The position numbers and the translations under genes were made by a program. A stretch of DNA of 63,798 nucleotides, the filler included, from Octopus bimaculoides (Eukaryota): NCBI RefSeq assembly GCF_001194135.2. It is 7 parts of 5 records of this genome, joined end to end, with 100 filler letters (N's around TTAATTAATTAA, not from the genome) between each part and the next. Parts side by side here need not be neighbours in the genome. Positions count along the whole stretch, not along the records: positions 48,088 to 54,920 come from NC_068990.1; positions 55,021 to 58,878 come from NC_068981.1; positions 58,979 to 63,798 come from NC_068992.1; 4 more parts are not named here. One strand, 5' to 3'. This document shows, piece after piece, positions 51,812-63,798 of the stretch; positions within the stretch are counted from its first letter, which is position 1; every line of letters begins with the position of its first letter. The notes under the pieces are model-generated. The model had not been told where the DNA came from. It saw nothing but the letters and a program-made list of their open reading frames with translations, and did not search any database.

Positions 51812-52043
51812 TCTCCGTCGGTTACGACTACGTGTGTTCCAGTTAAGCTGATCAACGGGACAGCCTGGGCATGAAATCAACGTGCAAGTGGTTGAGACCT
51901 CGACAAATAGCGTACCTTTAACTTGGCCGTTTGAATTACAGCTGAGTGGACAGGAGCAATATGAGATAAATTATCTTACTCAGAGACTGAACACACCGCC
52001 GGGAATTGAACACCTGACCGTACGATCGTAAGCCAAATACACT
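51812..52043 (-). mobile_element. SINE family C, diverged
   Basis: GATCAACGGGACAGCCTG...AACGTGCAAGTGG and tRNA head. Confidence 0.8.
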
Positions 52044-52489
52044 AACCGTTAAGCCACACGCTTATTACTAGAAGGAGGTATACAAAGCACTTCAAGTCAA
52101 AGTTATAGCGTGATGGTGAGTGAATATTTTCCAATCACTCAAATGGCTTAATTTTACATACATACGATGTACTCGTGGTAGCAACACTCGCAAGATACGT
52201 CAGCAGTACTCTAACGCTGCTGTTAGATCTGCTTTGTGTAAGGTCAGCGTTTGATCAGATTTCTAACGCTAAATTGTAAGCTTATCCTTTGGAATGGAAG
52301 GTTAGCAACGTTAGAAATATGATCTGAACTTTTCCCGTCACTTAAGTTTCTAATACACTTTAGAGATATGCATCACACTCACATCGCATTTACCATTTCA
52401 CAATTCTTCCCTAAAACTCGGTTCCTTTGAACCAAATAAATGAAAGAAATTTATGCTTGCTACTGACATTGCCGAATTCCCTTATTACC

Positions 52490-52595
52490 TTATTCTCTTA
52501 GTCATTTGACTGCGGCCATGCTGGAGCACCGCCTTTAAGTCGAACAAACCGACCCCAGGACTTATTATTTGTGAGTCTAGTACTTATTATATCGG
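52490..52595 (-). mobile_element. SINE family A 3' end
   Basis: GTCATTTGACTGCGGCCATGCTGGAGCACCGCCTTTA. Confidence 0.88.
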
Positions 52596-52958
52596 TTTCA
52601 ACGGGATTTCATCTCAGATCGGAAGGGACCGGGAAAAAAATTATCGCAGAGCATCTTTGCCGACGCTGTAGCGATTGTGCCATCTCGCTGCGCTTTACAA
52701 GGATAAAATGACAACCAGAAGTGAAATGTTTTTCACCATTGGTCTCTCTGACTAGTATTCACCTAGGTCTAAATAGTAACAGAAGCGAAAACAAAAACGA
52801 ATTAACAATATTTTTTCTCAATCACTGATTGGAGAATAAAATTTAGTCGTTCAACTGAAACTAAACATTTTCCCGGCAATCCTATAGAAACGAATTCGAC
52901 ACGGTTGATTAAATATTTTATTCAGTTTATTTATTTCAGTATAAATCATTGGCTATAC

Positions 52959-53062
<104 letters not shown>

Positions 53063-53124
53063 CCGTGTGTGTATATGTGTGTGTGTTCAGAGAGAGAGAG
53101 AAAGANNNNNNNNNNNNNNNNNNN

Positions 53125-53193
<69 letters not shown>

Positions 53194-53340
53194 AGAAGCA
53201 TACGTTTAGATGTATGTGTATATGAGGTGCCTGGTTGAGAGTCTGCACAGTCTCGTGTTTCTGATTTTGGTGTTTGAACTTAAAAATTATATATACGCGC
53301 ACATATGTGGGTGTGTATGTATATACATATGTAATTGCGA

Positions 53341-53790
53341 AGGCGCATAGCTCAGTGGTTAGAACGTCGGGATCACAGCCATGAGGTTGTTAGTTCGATT
53401 CCGGGACCAAGCTGTGTGTTGTGTTCTTGAGCAAGGCACTTTATTTCACGTTACTCCAGATCACTCAGCTGTAGAAAGGAGTCGCAACGTCACTGGTTCC
53501 AAGCTGTATCGGCCCCTTTGCCTTGGCTAACATCGGTGGTGCGGAGAGGGGAGGCTGGTATTATTGGGCGACTGCTGGTCTTCCATAGATACCCTTTCCC
53601 GGACTTGTGACTCGGAGGGGGTCTTTCTAGGTGCAATCCCATGGTCATTCATGACTGCAGGGGGTCTCCTCATCAGCATAAATACTAGGCTTACAAAGAA
53701 TAAGTCCTGCGATCGATTTGTTCGACTAAAGGCGGTGCTCCAGCATCGCCACTGTCAAATCACTGAAACAAGTAAAAGAATAAAAGAATA
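53341..53790 (+). mobile_element. tRNA-derived SINE (family E, 53341-53670) followed by a family A 3' tail (53682-53790)
   Basis: GGCGCATAGCTCAGTGGTTAGA A box, AGTTCGATTCC B box, distinct body, then AATACTAGGCTTACAAAGAATAAGTCC. Confidence 0.85.
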
Positions 53791-53999
53791 TCTACATATA
53801 TTTTAATCTCTGATTTTTTTATCTCTCACTTCTTTCAGTCGTCAGACTACGGCCATACTGAATGAATCGTCAGATTGCGGCCATGTTGAATGAATCGCCC
53901 TAGAGAATTGATTACTTTTTCCTTTAGGCTATCGGTGAGTTTTGCCGAGCCGCTAAGTTACTGGGGCGTCTACACAACAACACCGGTTAAAATAAGTAA

Positions 54000-54520
54000 T
54001 CCATTCCATTACCGAAGAGTTCACCAATGAAGGGAAGTAACTGGTATTTGGTAAACCCCAAAAGCAGGTGAATCCGAAGCAGAACTTTCAGTTTGGCGTA
54101 ATATCATAAATTCTTTAAAAAACCGGACGAATCAATTATATGGTCTCGCTATAGTGTTTGATTAAGTGATTTTGTTGTTACTGTGACGTAGAATCGTACA
54201 TTAAGATGTGTAAGACGTGTAATGTCTGTAAGATTATGCAGTACATTCCAATTATCTCCCAACTCATCAGACCAACCATAAGGATGCCTGTAATCGATAT
54301 GCTGTCAGGTTAATCTAACAACGAATACGTTGTTAGCGTAGCGTATGGTTAACCTGATCAGGTGGAAGATTTTTTGTAATGCATTGCATAATCTTATAGA
54401 ATTTGCACGGCTTACATAATTGAATGTACGATGTTACATCACTATAAAATCTCTTACTGAAACGTTGCAACGATACCATATAATCTATCTCTTCGTCTAA
54501 TTCAATCAGACACACATACA
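54000..54520 (-). mobile_element. Gypsy-type (or Ginger) integrase relic
   Basis: KRFYSDVTSYIQLCKPCKFYK resembles the integrase zinc-binding RFYW...DVxxYIxxCxxCQ; downstream FTKYQLLPF..ELFG resembles the core-end motif. Confidence 0.55.
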
Positions 54521-54797
54521 CACACATATATATACATATGCATAGCAGAAATTCACAGAAAAGCAAAAGACGAAGACAGATATATAAACAACAAGCAGGT
54601 GTAATAGTTTGACGCTCGGCTCGGAAAGGTGAGAAAGTCTTTTTCGTTTCGAGCCTACGCTCTTCAACAGAACGGAACACGAGGAGATAAACAGTGAGAG
54701 AAAAAAAACTTATGGCTTTAGCGGTCAAAAATGGCTAATATATATATATGTGTGTGTGTCTGTGGCTGTGTGTGTCTGTGTGTGTGTATTGCTGACG

Positions 54798-54832
<35 letters not shown>

Positions 54833-55694
54833 ACAGTAAAGACAACAAAAGAAAGAAAGAGACCTCGATATTATGCAAATAGAGGAAGTTATCTGCAAAA
54901 ATATGTGACACTTATTCAGTNNNNNNNNNNNNNNNNNNNNNNNNNNNNNNNNNNNNNNNNNNNNTTAATTAATTAANNNNNNNNNNNNNNNNNNNNNNNN
55001 NNNNNNNNNNNNNNNNNNNNTATGGACTTATTTCTACAAGGTCGGAGAATTGAACTATGAACTTTAAATGATATATCTTTCTCACGAGAGAGAATACGCT
55101 TTTGCTGATCCTACCTTAACGGAACAGTAAACTATATATATAACATTTTTTTTCTTAATTTTTTAGAATTTTCAGAAAATTTTTGCGAATTTATATTTTA
55201 CATACGGGAATTCATGCGATTACGCAAAAACCAAAAAAAAAAAGAAAGAAATTTGATGCGTGATTTAAGGTCCATTTAATTATTTTTAGCACATCTCAAA
55301 ACCACCATTTAATAATCGACAAATGATCGTGTGAATAAGCTGCTTGGTAATATCTTGGCTTGTTACAATTGGCTAAAATTACACAAAATTTTCAAATTTT
55401 AAAAGCTATTAACTCTTTATTTATTTATTTATGGCGAAAATGAATTTTATGTCAATGATTAGCATAAAAGACTACATCATTAAACCTAATATGAAATCAA
55501 TTGGAACAGAAATCGAAGAAATTGATAAGTGGCAGCCAAACGATAGAAAAAGTACCAGATTTAAAGAAGTATTGGTGTCCATTTGATCAACTAATCTCTT
55601 CGAATTAAATTCCAACATGGCCTCAGTCCAATGAGTTAAAAGAAACAAGAATTTTATTTTCGTTCATCGATGTGAACGTATTCTGCGGTTACTC

Positions 55695-56094
55695 TTTTAC
55701 TCTTTTACTTGTTTCAGTCATTTGACTGCGGCCATGCTGAAACACCACCTTTAGTCGAGCAAATCGACCCCAGGACTTATTCTTTAGAAGCCTAGTACTT
55801 ATTCTATGGGTCTCTTTTGCCGAACCGCTAAGTTACGGGGACGTAAACACACCAGCATCGGTTGTCAAGCGATGTTGAGGAGACAAACACAGACACACAA
55901 AAATATACACACACATACATATATATATACATATATACGACGGGCTTCTTTCAGTTTCTGTCTACCAAATCCACTCACAAGGCTTTGGTCGGCCCGAGGC
56001 TATAGTAGAAGACACTTGCCCAAGGTGCCACGCAGTGGGACTGAACCCAGAACCATGTGGTTGGCAAGCAAGCTACTTACCACACAGCCACTCC
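55695..56094 (-). mobile_element. Full-length SINE family A
   Basis: Close reverse complement of 43858-44295. Confidence 0.93.
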
Positions 56095-56144
56095 AGCACC
56101 TAATTATCTTTTTCCTTCTAATTTATCTTTTTCCTTTCTTACTC

Positions 56145-56357
56145 TTTTCTACTCTCGGCACAGGGCCCGAAATTTTGGGGGAGGAGTCCAGTCGATTAGA
56201 TCAACCTCCAGTACGCAACTGGTACTTAATTTATCGACTTCGAAAGGATGAAAGGCAAAGTTGGCCTCGGCGGAATTTGAACTCAGAACGTAAAGGCAGA
56301 TGAACTATCTCTAAGCATTTCGCCCGGCGTACTAACGTTTCTGCCAGCTCACCGCCT
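56145..56357 (-). mobile_element. SINE family B (short-tailed variant)
   Basis: Reverse complement of the family B consensus. Confidence 0.9.
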
Positions 56358-56909
56358 TTCTTATTCTACTCCAGCTACGACATGATGCATCACAGGAAGA
56401 CTGCGTCTCGTGGGCATTCTCTCGCAGTTGGTAATAAAATGACTAATGTCTTCTGTCTGGGTTTGGCATAACCTACATTTAGAGGTAAATAAATGAGTGT
56501 ATGAATGTACCTATGTGTGTATGTATGTATGTATGTAGGTAGGTAGGTAGGTAGGTAGGTAGGTAGGTAGGTACATACAAATGTAGGTATGTATGTACAT
56601 ACGGATGTATATATGTATGTAATGTATATATGTATGAATAAATGAATATTTATGAAGGCATAAATATTATCTCTGCACGTGTGTGAGTCTGTGTGTGTGT
56701 ATGCGTGTGCGTGTGTGTTTATGTGTACTAATGGGTGGGTGGGTGTCTGCCTTTCTGTCTAACGGTGGGGAGAGGTGTTTCATACACGGTTACTAGTACA
56801 CACGGGCACGCACTCACTCAGACAGGGAGAGAAAGTGAGAGAGAAAGAGAGGGAGAGAAATAAAGAGAGAGAAAGAGAGGGAGAGAGATAAAGAGAGAGC
56901 GAGATAAAG

Positions 56910-57030
56910 GACGGCGAGGGAGGCACGCGCATGCGTGCATACAGGCAAATGTAATCAGAGAGATTGGCCCGGCAGTGGTGCTAATCCACCCACTCAGCAA
57001 AGCGGAAGACAAACAATCTGTGAAACACCC
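56910..57030. promoter_or_regulatory. Possible promoter/enhancer island
   Basis: Unique GC-rich patch between GA- and TG-repeats with GCGCATGCGT (NRF1-like) and ATTGG (reverse CCAAT). No transcript evidence. Confidence 0.2.
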
Positions 57031-57033
57031 GGA

Positions 57034-57072
<39 letters not shown>

Positions 57073-57362
57073 CGCGCGCGCGTGCGTACGTGTCTGTGTG
57101 TGTGTGTGTAAGAGAGAGTAAGTACGTATACACACACACACACACACATATATACATACGTATATACGGAAGGATATCAGAAAGGACGAAAGTGGGGTCT
57201 CGTGATGTATTTCAAATACAAAATAGGATTGGTTTGAACAAATAGCAAAAATGTGTTTTTACATCTCTTCCACTCCAACCCCCACCCCGCTTTCACTCTA
57301 GTTTTTATGAATGTATCTGTCTATCATTTAAGCCGAAATAACATTTACTCTTTATCGTACCT

Positions 57363-57448
<86 letters not shown>

Positions 57449-58978
57449 CATCTTTTTTTTTCTCTCTTTCTCTCGGGTCAAAATCTGTGACGAAAAATAG
57501 ATTTTAGAACTGATATCATTCAACTTCTCAGGGCCACAATTTACTCGCACGCAGCATCTTCGGAGCTTTGTCACTAATTCACTTCTTAAGCAAATTGAAA
57601 GCTGTTGACATCTTTGAAGAGGATTGTTCCCTAGCTACATTTTGGTATGTAAAAAATGAGATTTGATCCTGCAGAAAGCAGTTTACATCAAAATTTGTAG
57701 CAACGTTATAGGAGAGTAAATAATGCCTCCAATCAAGTTTAGATCCAAAAAAACTTTTTTATTTTAAAAGCAAAATATATTTATCTTAGCTTCAATGAAG
57801 AATTTTATAGCTTTGCTCCCATGCAACGAAAATTTGTATCAAAAAAGTTGTGAGGTAATATAGCAAGAAAAAAATACAAGTAAGGCAAAAAATTGGATTT
57901 AAATATAATTAACTTTTTTATTTTAAAAACAAACTATATTTTAATTAAGCTTAAATGAGAGAGCTCAATTCGAGGAATTTCATGGTATTAATTTCATGCA
58001 ATGAAGTTTTAAAAGAAAAAAGTTATGAGTATTTGTTTCTCAAATTTTTTATGAATATAAGGGACTTTTAATATGTCACCGGCGTCATTGGGGTAAGGAA
58101 AAAATTATCAACGACACCGCTAACTTGCAATTAGTTTAATTATGTCATCTGTATTAATTAATGCAATTATATCATAAAAATGAAAAAAAATATATATATT
58201 ATTTAGAAATTTTGGCAATAGCCAAGCCATTTTGGCAATCTTTCGTTTTAATTCGATAAGCATAATAGCATAGCCAGGAAAAACATGGATTACATGGAAA
58301 ATGCGAGCAAGAGAAATAATATTCTTAAGATTATAAACCTGGAAAAGTACAGGACAAGTTATTACATCTGGTAAAGTGCAGAACAAGAAAATTTCTATTT
58401 AACATATTGCAGCTAAGGATAAAATCGAAATATTAAAAATTATTTGATTTTAATTTACAAAGTAACATTGTAATTAAAAAAGGCACCATCATTTTGTTAA
58501 AATATTGACACACTAGAATACTTAAAAGATGAGAGCCAGAAGTACAAATATAGCTAAAGTTTTATGCAAAGTAGAATAGTATATATTGTAGGCAAATTCA
58601 CTTTTCCTGTCTTGTTTTTTGTCCGCCACTACATTCTTCCATGGCACAGGTTTAATTTGTGTATACAAATTTAATTTGCGGTACATGGGAAGAGCCGTTT
58701 TAACGATGCGTCCTGCCCAACTCTTCGAAACGCTGGTGTTAAAACGGGGGTAGCTGATGAAGGAAAATGTTCTCTATGTGGCTTGTGTGTTTTCTGTACT
58801 CTAGTTATTATTATTTCTTGTCTACGTTTTGTTTGCAATGTCCTGTACCCAGATATGCACCTATATATGCAGGTAGACNNNNNNNNNNNNNNNNNNNNNN
58901 NNNNNNNNNNNNNNNNNNNNNNTTAATTAATTAANNNNNNNNNNNNNNNNNNNNNNNNNNNNNNNNNNNNNNNNNNNN

Positions 58979-59058
<80 letters not shown>

Positions 59059-59237
59059 CATATATATGTATATATATATATACCTAATCAGGTAAGATTG
59101 GCTGCTACGAATTCAATCACAGACCAACTTTCAGCCATGCAGCGACAAGAAACTGACAAATAACTAAGGCGATGCTCCAGCTTGGTTGCAGTTCTACGAC
59201 TGAAACCATTAAAAGAATAAAAGAATATACATTGTGC

Positions 59238-59278
<41 letters not shown>

Positions 59279-59639
59279 AGTATGTATCTATGTGTATATA
59301 GATGTGTACATTATACCCTCAAACACATACGCACACACACATTTACACATTTTTCCGTATACATACGCAACACACAAATATACGCATAAATTTGATTTAA
59401 GGCCTTATGCGCCACATTGAGGGCAAACGTTGACATATCTGTCACTTAAATGGCTCAGAACCCTAGTGATCTGACTTGTGTGCCTTTGAGCTCAAGCCAC
59501 GACTAATTTGAACATCTCCTTGCATCATATCTATAATAAAATGTTATATTCTAAATAGCAATTAATCATTTTTAGAAAATGTTAGATTTTGAAAGATAAA
59601 TAAACGTTGCCCTTGTTTTTATGTTCATCGCTAATCATT

Positions 59640-59850
59640 GAAGCCACGCGGCTTAGTGGCTAGGGTAGTTGGCTCATGACCGTAAGGTCACAAGCTCGAT
59701 ACCTGGTGACGTGTTTTGTCCTTGGGCAAATCACTTAATCTAACCTTGCCTCCGTCCATCTGGCTGGCGGAAATGAGTAGTACTTGTGTTTCTAAATGCC
59801 AACCTTGTCACATTCTGTCTCTCGGTGATTCTCCCGGAGAACTATATTTA
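59640..59850 (+). mobile_element. tRNA-derived SINE (family C-like), partial
   Basis: GCCACGCGGCTTAGTGGCTAGGG...AGCTCGATACC head. Confidence 0.75.
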
Positions 59851-59874
59851 TTTGTTGCCCACGGAAGGTGGGGA

Positions 59875-60497
59875 GCAGGGCTAAACATAGAGGGGGCAAA
59901 CAAGGACAGACAAAAGGATTAAGGCGATTACATCGCCCCAGTGCGTAACTGGTACTTATTTAATCGACCCCGAAAGGATGAAATGTAAAGTCGACCTCGG
60001 CGGAATTTGAACACAGAACGTAACGGCAGACGAAACATCGCTAAGCATTTCGGCCGGCGTACTAACATTTCTTTTCTACTCTAGGTACAAGGTCCAGAAT
60101 TTTGAGGGAGGGGACCAGTTGATTAGGTCGACCTCAGTATGCAACTGGTATTTAATTTATCGACCCCGAAAGGATGAAAGCAAAGTCGACCTTGGTGGAA
60201 TTTGAACTCAAAACGTAGCGGCAGACGAAACATCGCTAAGCATGTCACCCGGCGTGCTAACGTTCCTTATTTCTTTACTGCCCACAAGGGGCTACACACA
60301 GAGGGGACACACAAGGACAGAAAAAGGGATTAAGTCGATTAGATCGACCCCAGTGCATAACTGGTACTTATTTAATCGACCCGAAAGGATGAAAGGCAAA
60401 GTCGACCTCGGCGGAATTTGAACTCAGAGCGTAACGCCAGACGAAATACCGCTAAGCATTTCGCCCTGCGTGCTAACGTTTCTGCCAGCTCGCCGCC
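59875..60497 (-). mobile_element. Head-to-tail trimer of SINE family B (long-short-long)
   Basis: Three consecutive reverse-complement monomers. Confidence 0.9.
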
Positions 60498-60514
60498 CTC
60501 CTCAGAACTATATT

Positions 60515-60630
60515 AATGGTACGCGTTTCTGTGGAGTACTCAGCCACTTGCACGTTAACTTCACGAGCAGGCTGTTCCGTTGATCGGTTCAACTGGAACA
60601 GTCGTTGATGTAACTTACTGAGTGCCAGTT
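60515..60630 (+). mobile_element. SINE family C 3' part
   Basis: CTGTGGAGTACTCAGCCACTTGCACGTTAA. Confidence 0.85.
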
Positions 60631-60766
60631 AACTATTTACTTAACAGACCAAAGTTACTGGAGCATAATTCAATAAAATAAAGTTAAATAGAATGTTAGA
60701 GCAATGTATTTAATTTTCTAATGAAGATGGCAATCACTCTAAAAGCCTGTATCAAATTTTCTTGCA

Positions 60767-61190
60767 GCGGTGAGCTGGCAGAAACGTTAGCACGCCGGGC
60801 GAAATGCTCAGCGGTATTTCGTCTGTCTTTACGTTCCGAGTTCAAATTCCGCCGAGGTCGACTTTGCCTTTCATCCTTTCGGGTCGATTAAATAAGTACC
60901 AGTTACGCACTGAGGTCGATGTAATCGACATAATTCCTTTGTCTGTCCTTGTTTGTCCCCTCTATGTTTAGCCCCTTGTGGGCAATAAAGAAATAAGAAA
61001 CGTTAGCACGCCGGGCGACATGCTTAGCGATGTTTCGTCTGCCGTTACGTTCTGAGTTCAAATTCTGCCGAGGCCGACTTTGGCTTTCATCCTTTCCCGG
61101 TCGATAAATTAAGTACCAGTAGCATACTGGGTCGATCTAATCACCAAGCCCCCTTCCCCAAATTTTCGGGCCTTGTGCCTAGTGTAGTAA
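60767..61190 (+). mobile_element. Head-to-tail dimer of SINE family B (long-short)
   Basis: Monomer 1 ends CCCTTGTGGGCAATAAAGAAATAA and runs into monomer 2 at GAAACGTTAGCACG. Confidence 0.92.
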
Positions 61191-61199
61191 AGATATGTG

Positions 61200-61900
61200 G
61201 CAAAATATTTGTATGCATGGAAGAATGCTGAAACGAGTTCACAAACGTTGCATTTTAACTTCTAATTTTATTCTGTTTCTCTATTTCTATTTGTAAATAG
61301 AGTTGAAAAGAGCCGCCTCGTAAGGATATGATGATACGAATGGAAGAAATACGTTTAGAGATCTTTGTATGATCTTTGGACAAAAATCACACATTGAGAG
61401 ACAAAATTTTGTGATCGATTTCTCATGGAAAAATATTGCTTCCCAATCATTCTTCGTTTTTTTTTTCTTTTTTAACTGACAATTTAAATTGTTTCGCACT
61501 AAATTTCTCTCTCTTCTTTACAAAATTTAGCAAAGTATCAGCAGAATTAATTTTCCAATTCTGTCAAATTCGGCAAAATTTTATTGTTAGCTGATTTTGA
61601 AGTGCTTCATCTTCACCGATAGCCACAAACATTTATGACAGTTTCTCAATCATTGGAACATTTTGGATTCTGACCTTTCTCTTCCAATATTCCAGTTTGT
61701 TCATGAAAGCTTTCAAACTTTCAAAGAATCAACGAATTTCACGATATTTGTATTATTTCCTTCCATTTGAAGAACAAGTTTATTCAACTGCTCAAAAATA
61801 TCACCCAAAATAGACAAGACGCATTATATGCCTTCCTCATAATTTAACCAGGTAAAGAACTCTATCCTCTCCTAAACTGGAAAGCAGCATGTCAAAAGAA
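61200..61900 (-). mobile_element. hAT (Buster/Charlie/ZBED5-like) transposase C-terminal relic
   Basis: LSILGDIFEQLNKLVLQMEGNNTNIVKFVDSLKAFMNKLEYWKRKV and IIQRSLNVFLPFVSSYPYEAALF...RNRI (hAT dimerisation domain LLPFxTTYxCExxFS-like). Confidence 0.87.
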
Positions 61901-61933
61901 TAGACTGAATGTTTTCCTCTGCGTCTCGTAAAA

Positions 61934-62204
61934 GCAACTAAAACACGTTGAGGCAACTAAAACACTTTGAGGTAACTAAAACACGTTGAGGTGACTAAAA
62001 CACGTTGAGGCAACTAAAATACGTTGAGGCAACTAAAACACGCTGAAGCAACTAAAGCACGTTGAGGTAACTAAAACACGTTGAGGCAACTAAAACACTT
62101 TGAGGCAACTAAAACAAGTTGAGGCAACAAAAACACGTTGATGTAACTAAAACACGTTGAGGCAACTAAAATACGTTGAGGCAACTAAAACACGTTGAGG
62201 CAAC
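61934..62204. repeat. Minisatellite, 14+ copies of 19-bp GCAACTAAAACACGTTGAG
   Basis: Units in exact 19-bp register with 0-2 substitutions each and no spacers. Confidence 0.97.
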
Positions 62205-62334
62205 GACTACCCAAACAGAGCCATGGGCTGGAGGTTTATCGCCCGACTGGTGCAAAGGTGTCATCCGCCGGGAGTCTTAAGGAATCACTCCAAAATAGCG
62301 GATGCAGTGACTTGCTGTTACGGAACATGCCCAC

Positions 62335-62358
62335 CTACTACTATTGATGCTGCTGCTG

Positions 62359-62405
<47 letters not shown>

Positions 62406-62522
62406 GCTACTACTACTGCTGCTGTTGCTGCTACTACTACTACTACCTTACTACTACTACTACTACTACTACTACTAATGCTACTACTACTGCTACTGCT
62501 GCTGCTACTACTACTACTACCT

Positions 62523-62571
<49 letters not shown>

Positions 62572-62597
62572 GCTGCTGCTGCTGTAGCTTGTGCTGT

Positions 62598-62666
<69 letters not shown>
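62335..62666. repeat. Compound (TAC)n/(TGC)n trinucleotide tract
   Basis: Direct reading. Confidence 0.96.
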
Positions 62667-62877
62667 ATTTCAGAAAATACATTGAGCTCATCTTTAAGTT
62701 TAGATACTCATTCAATTACATTTCTTCTGGAAAGAGGTCGAACGTGTACCGTCTTTTGTGGCATAGAAGGTACACTTTTTACCCTCAAAATGTCTCAAAA
62801 AATCTCTCCGGGTCCTATAAGTCAAGCTGGACTTTCCGTAAGCTTTAGTGCTCTAAAAGTCGTTTTCAGATTATTCT

Positions 62878-62928
62878 GTTAAATATAATGCTGGCTGGAG
62901 GGTATATCAGCTGAAACGTTGTGTTAAC
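62878..62928 (+). ncRNA. Degenerate hammerhead motif (5' core lost)
   Basis: GTTAA...GGCTG-gagggtatat-CAGCT-GAAA-CGTTGTG-TTAAC. Stems I and II recognisable; CUGANGA is degraded. Confidence 0.4.
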
Positions 62929-63029
62929 AACAAACAAGATGAGGACAAATATCCGTCGAATGTAAATAATGTACAGAATTCCTCATCTCTTAAATATAGA
63001 ACTGACTATATACCTGTTGTAATTTAGTT

Positions 63030-63083
63030 ATCTATAGTCCGATGATATTTCGGAATACAATTCCTTCTTCAGATATTCTTAGA
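63030..63083 (-). ncRNA. Hammerhead motif with intact core but disrupted stem I
   Basis: Minus strand CTGAAGA-A-GGAAT-tgt-ATTCC-GAAA-T-atc-A-T-C. The core-proximal stem I does not pair. Confidence 0.5.
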
Positions 63084-63135
63084 TGGAGTCGCTTCAGATA
63101 TTCTTAAATGGAGTCGCTAGCGACTCCATCTAAGA

Positions 63136-63217
63136 CACTTGCCCAAGGTGCCACGCAGTGGGACTGAACCCGGAACCATGTGGTTGGCAAGCAAGCTACT
63201 TACCACACAGCCACTCC
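63136..63217 (-). mobile_element. SINE family A head only
   Basis: CACTTGCCCAAGGTGCCACGCAGTGGGACTGAACCCGG...CACAGCCACTCC. Confidence 0.9.
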
Positions 63218-63798
63218 TTCACCTAATTGAAGTATTTTCCAGCCCAGTGTCCGACGAGGGATCGTTCAACGGAAAACTTTCACTTCTAACAATCACTTTT
63301 ACGAACAAATTCTAATTTTTGTTCTTAACAGTGATATTGCTCTATCTATACAGCATCTAAAGAATTATAACGCAAAAGACTTTCCGATTCCCTCAGGGAT
63401 GAAGAATTTTGTCAAAATGCCTGACAGCTTCAGAGCTGTTTGAAAAAGGTAACCAAAGGAAAAACACGTCTTTAAATAAACCTCATTGAACATACTTTGT
63501 GAACATTGAGGAAGACGATACCATATCACGCGAGTAATCAAGTGGAATAAACTAGCACTTGAGTATTTACTCATTTTTGGAAGTGTCTTCATTTGTTAAG
63601 ATAAAAATCGAACAGCGTAACATTTTAAACACGATATTTCTGTTCTTTATTCATTTCCAAACACAAGTAGGCACGTGAATACGCACACCCCCACACTCAC
63701 TCACTTACACACAAACATTTATATATACTTACACAATAAATATGTAATTATATGTTTATTTATTTATTTATTTATTTATTTATGTGTTTCAGCCAAGT

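Noticed and set aside
58665-58770. GAAAC and CTGATGA with a 10-bp inverted repeat (CCGTTTTAAC/GTTAAAACGG) as a hammerhead
   Set aside because: The core elements are in an order that cannot be closed into type I, II or III stems. Probably a PLE-like terminal repeat, but no ribozyme is supportable.
61934-62204. CRISPR-like appearance of the 19-bp repeat array
   Set aside because: Units are contiguous with no unique spacers, there are no cas genes, and the context is eukaryotic.
62223-62882. 219-aa ORF and similar long ORFs (899-1513, 10676-11323, 38926-39666, ORFs crossing N-runs)
   Set aside because: They are open only because of microsatellites, low complexity or Ns, or are antisense to TE relics; no domain content.

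Overview
This is animal genomic DNA: AT-rich, repeat-saturated, with many microsatellites and N-gaps, six of which carry an artificial TTAATTAATTAA spacer. The SINE repertoire and the gene remnants point to an octopus draft scaffold (inference). I find no intact protein-coding gene, no rRNA, no true tRNA gene and no CRISPR array. Content: (i) a decayed protocadherin-like coding exon at ~2.25-4.0 kb; (ii) dozens of tRNA-derived SINEs of at least 4-5 families; (iii) relics of non-LTR retroelements (Tx1/L1 ORF1, Penelope-like RT, R4/Dong, RTE, CR1/L2) and a Gypsy-type integrase; (iv) DNA transposon relics (three mariners, a maT/DD37D element, a hAT transposase) and mariner-, Tigger- and piggyBac-type MITEs; (v) a 19-bp minisatellite and a palindromic telomere-repeat junction. 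The most striking signal is a set of hammerhead-ribozyme (HHR) motifs. The best sits in a ~730-bp insertion at 35784-36515 with an 8-bp target-site duplication (TAAAAGTA) and a 1.5-mer tandem of a ~345-nt monomer. Its 5' end coincides within 1 nt with the ribozyme's predicted cleavage site, which is the architecture expected of a non-LTR retrozyme or Penelope-mobilised ribozyme retroelement. All family assignments come from motif recognition by eye; no database searches or folding programs were run. Boundaries of decayed elements are approximate.
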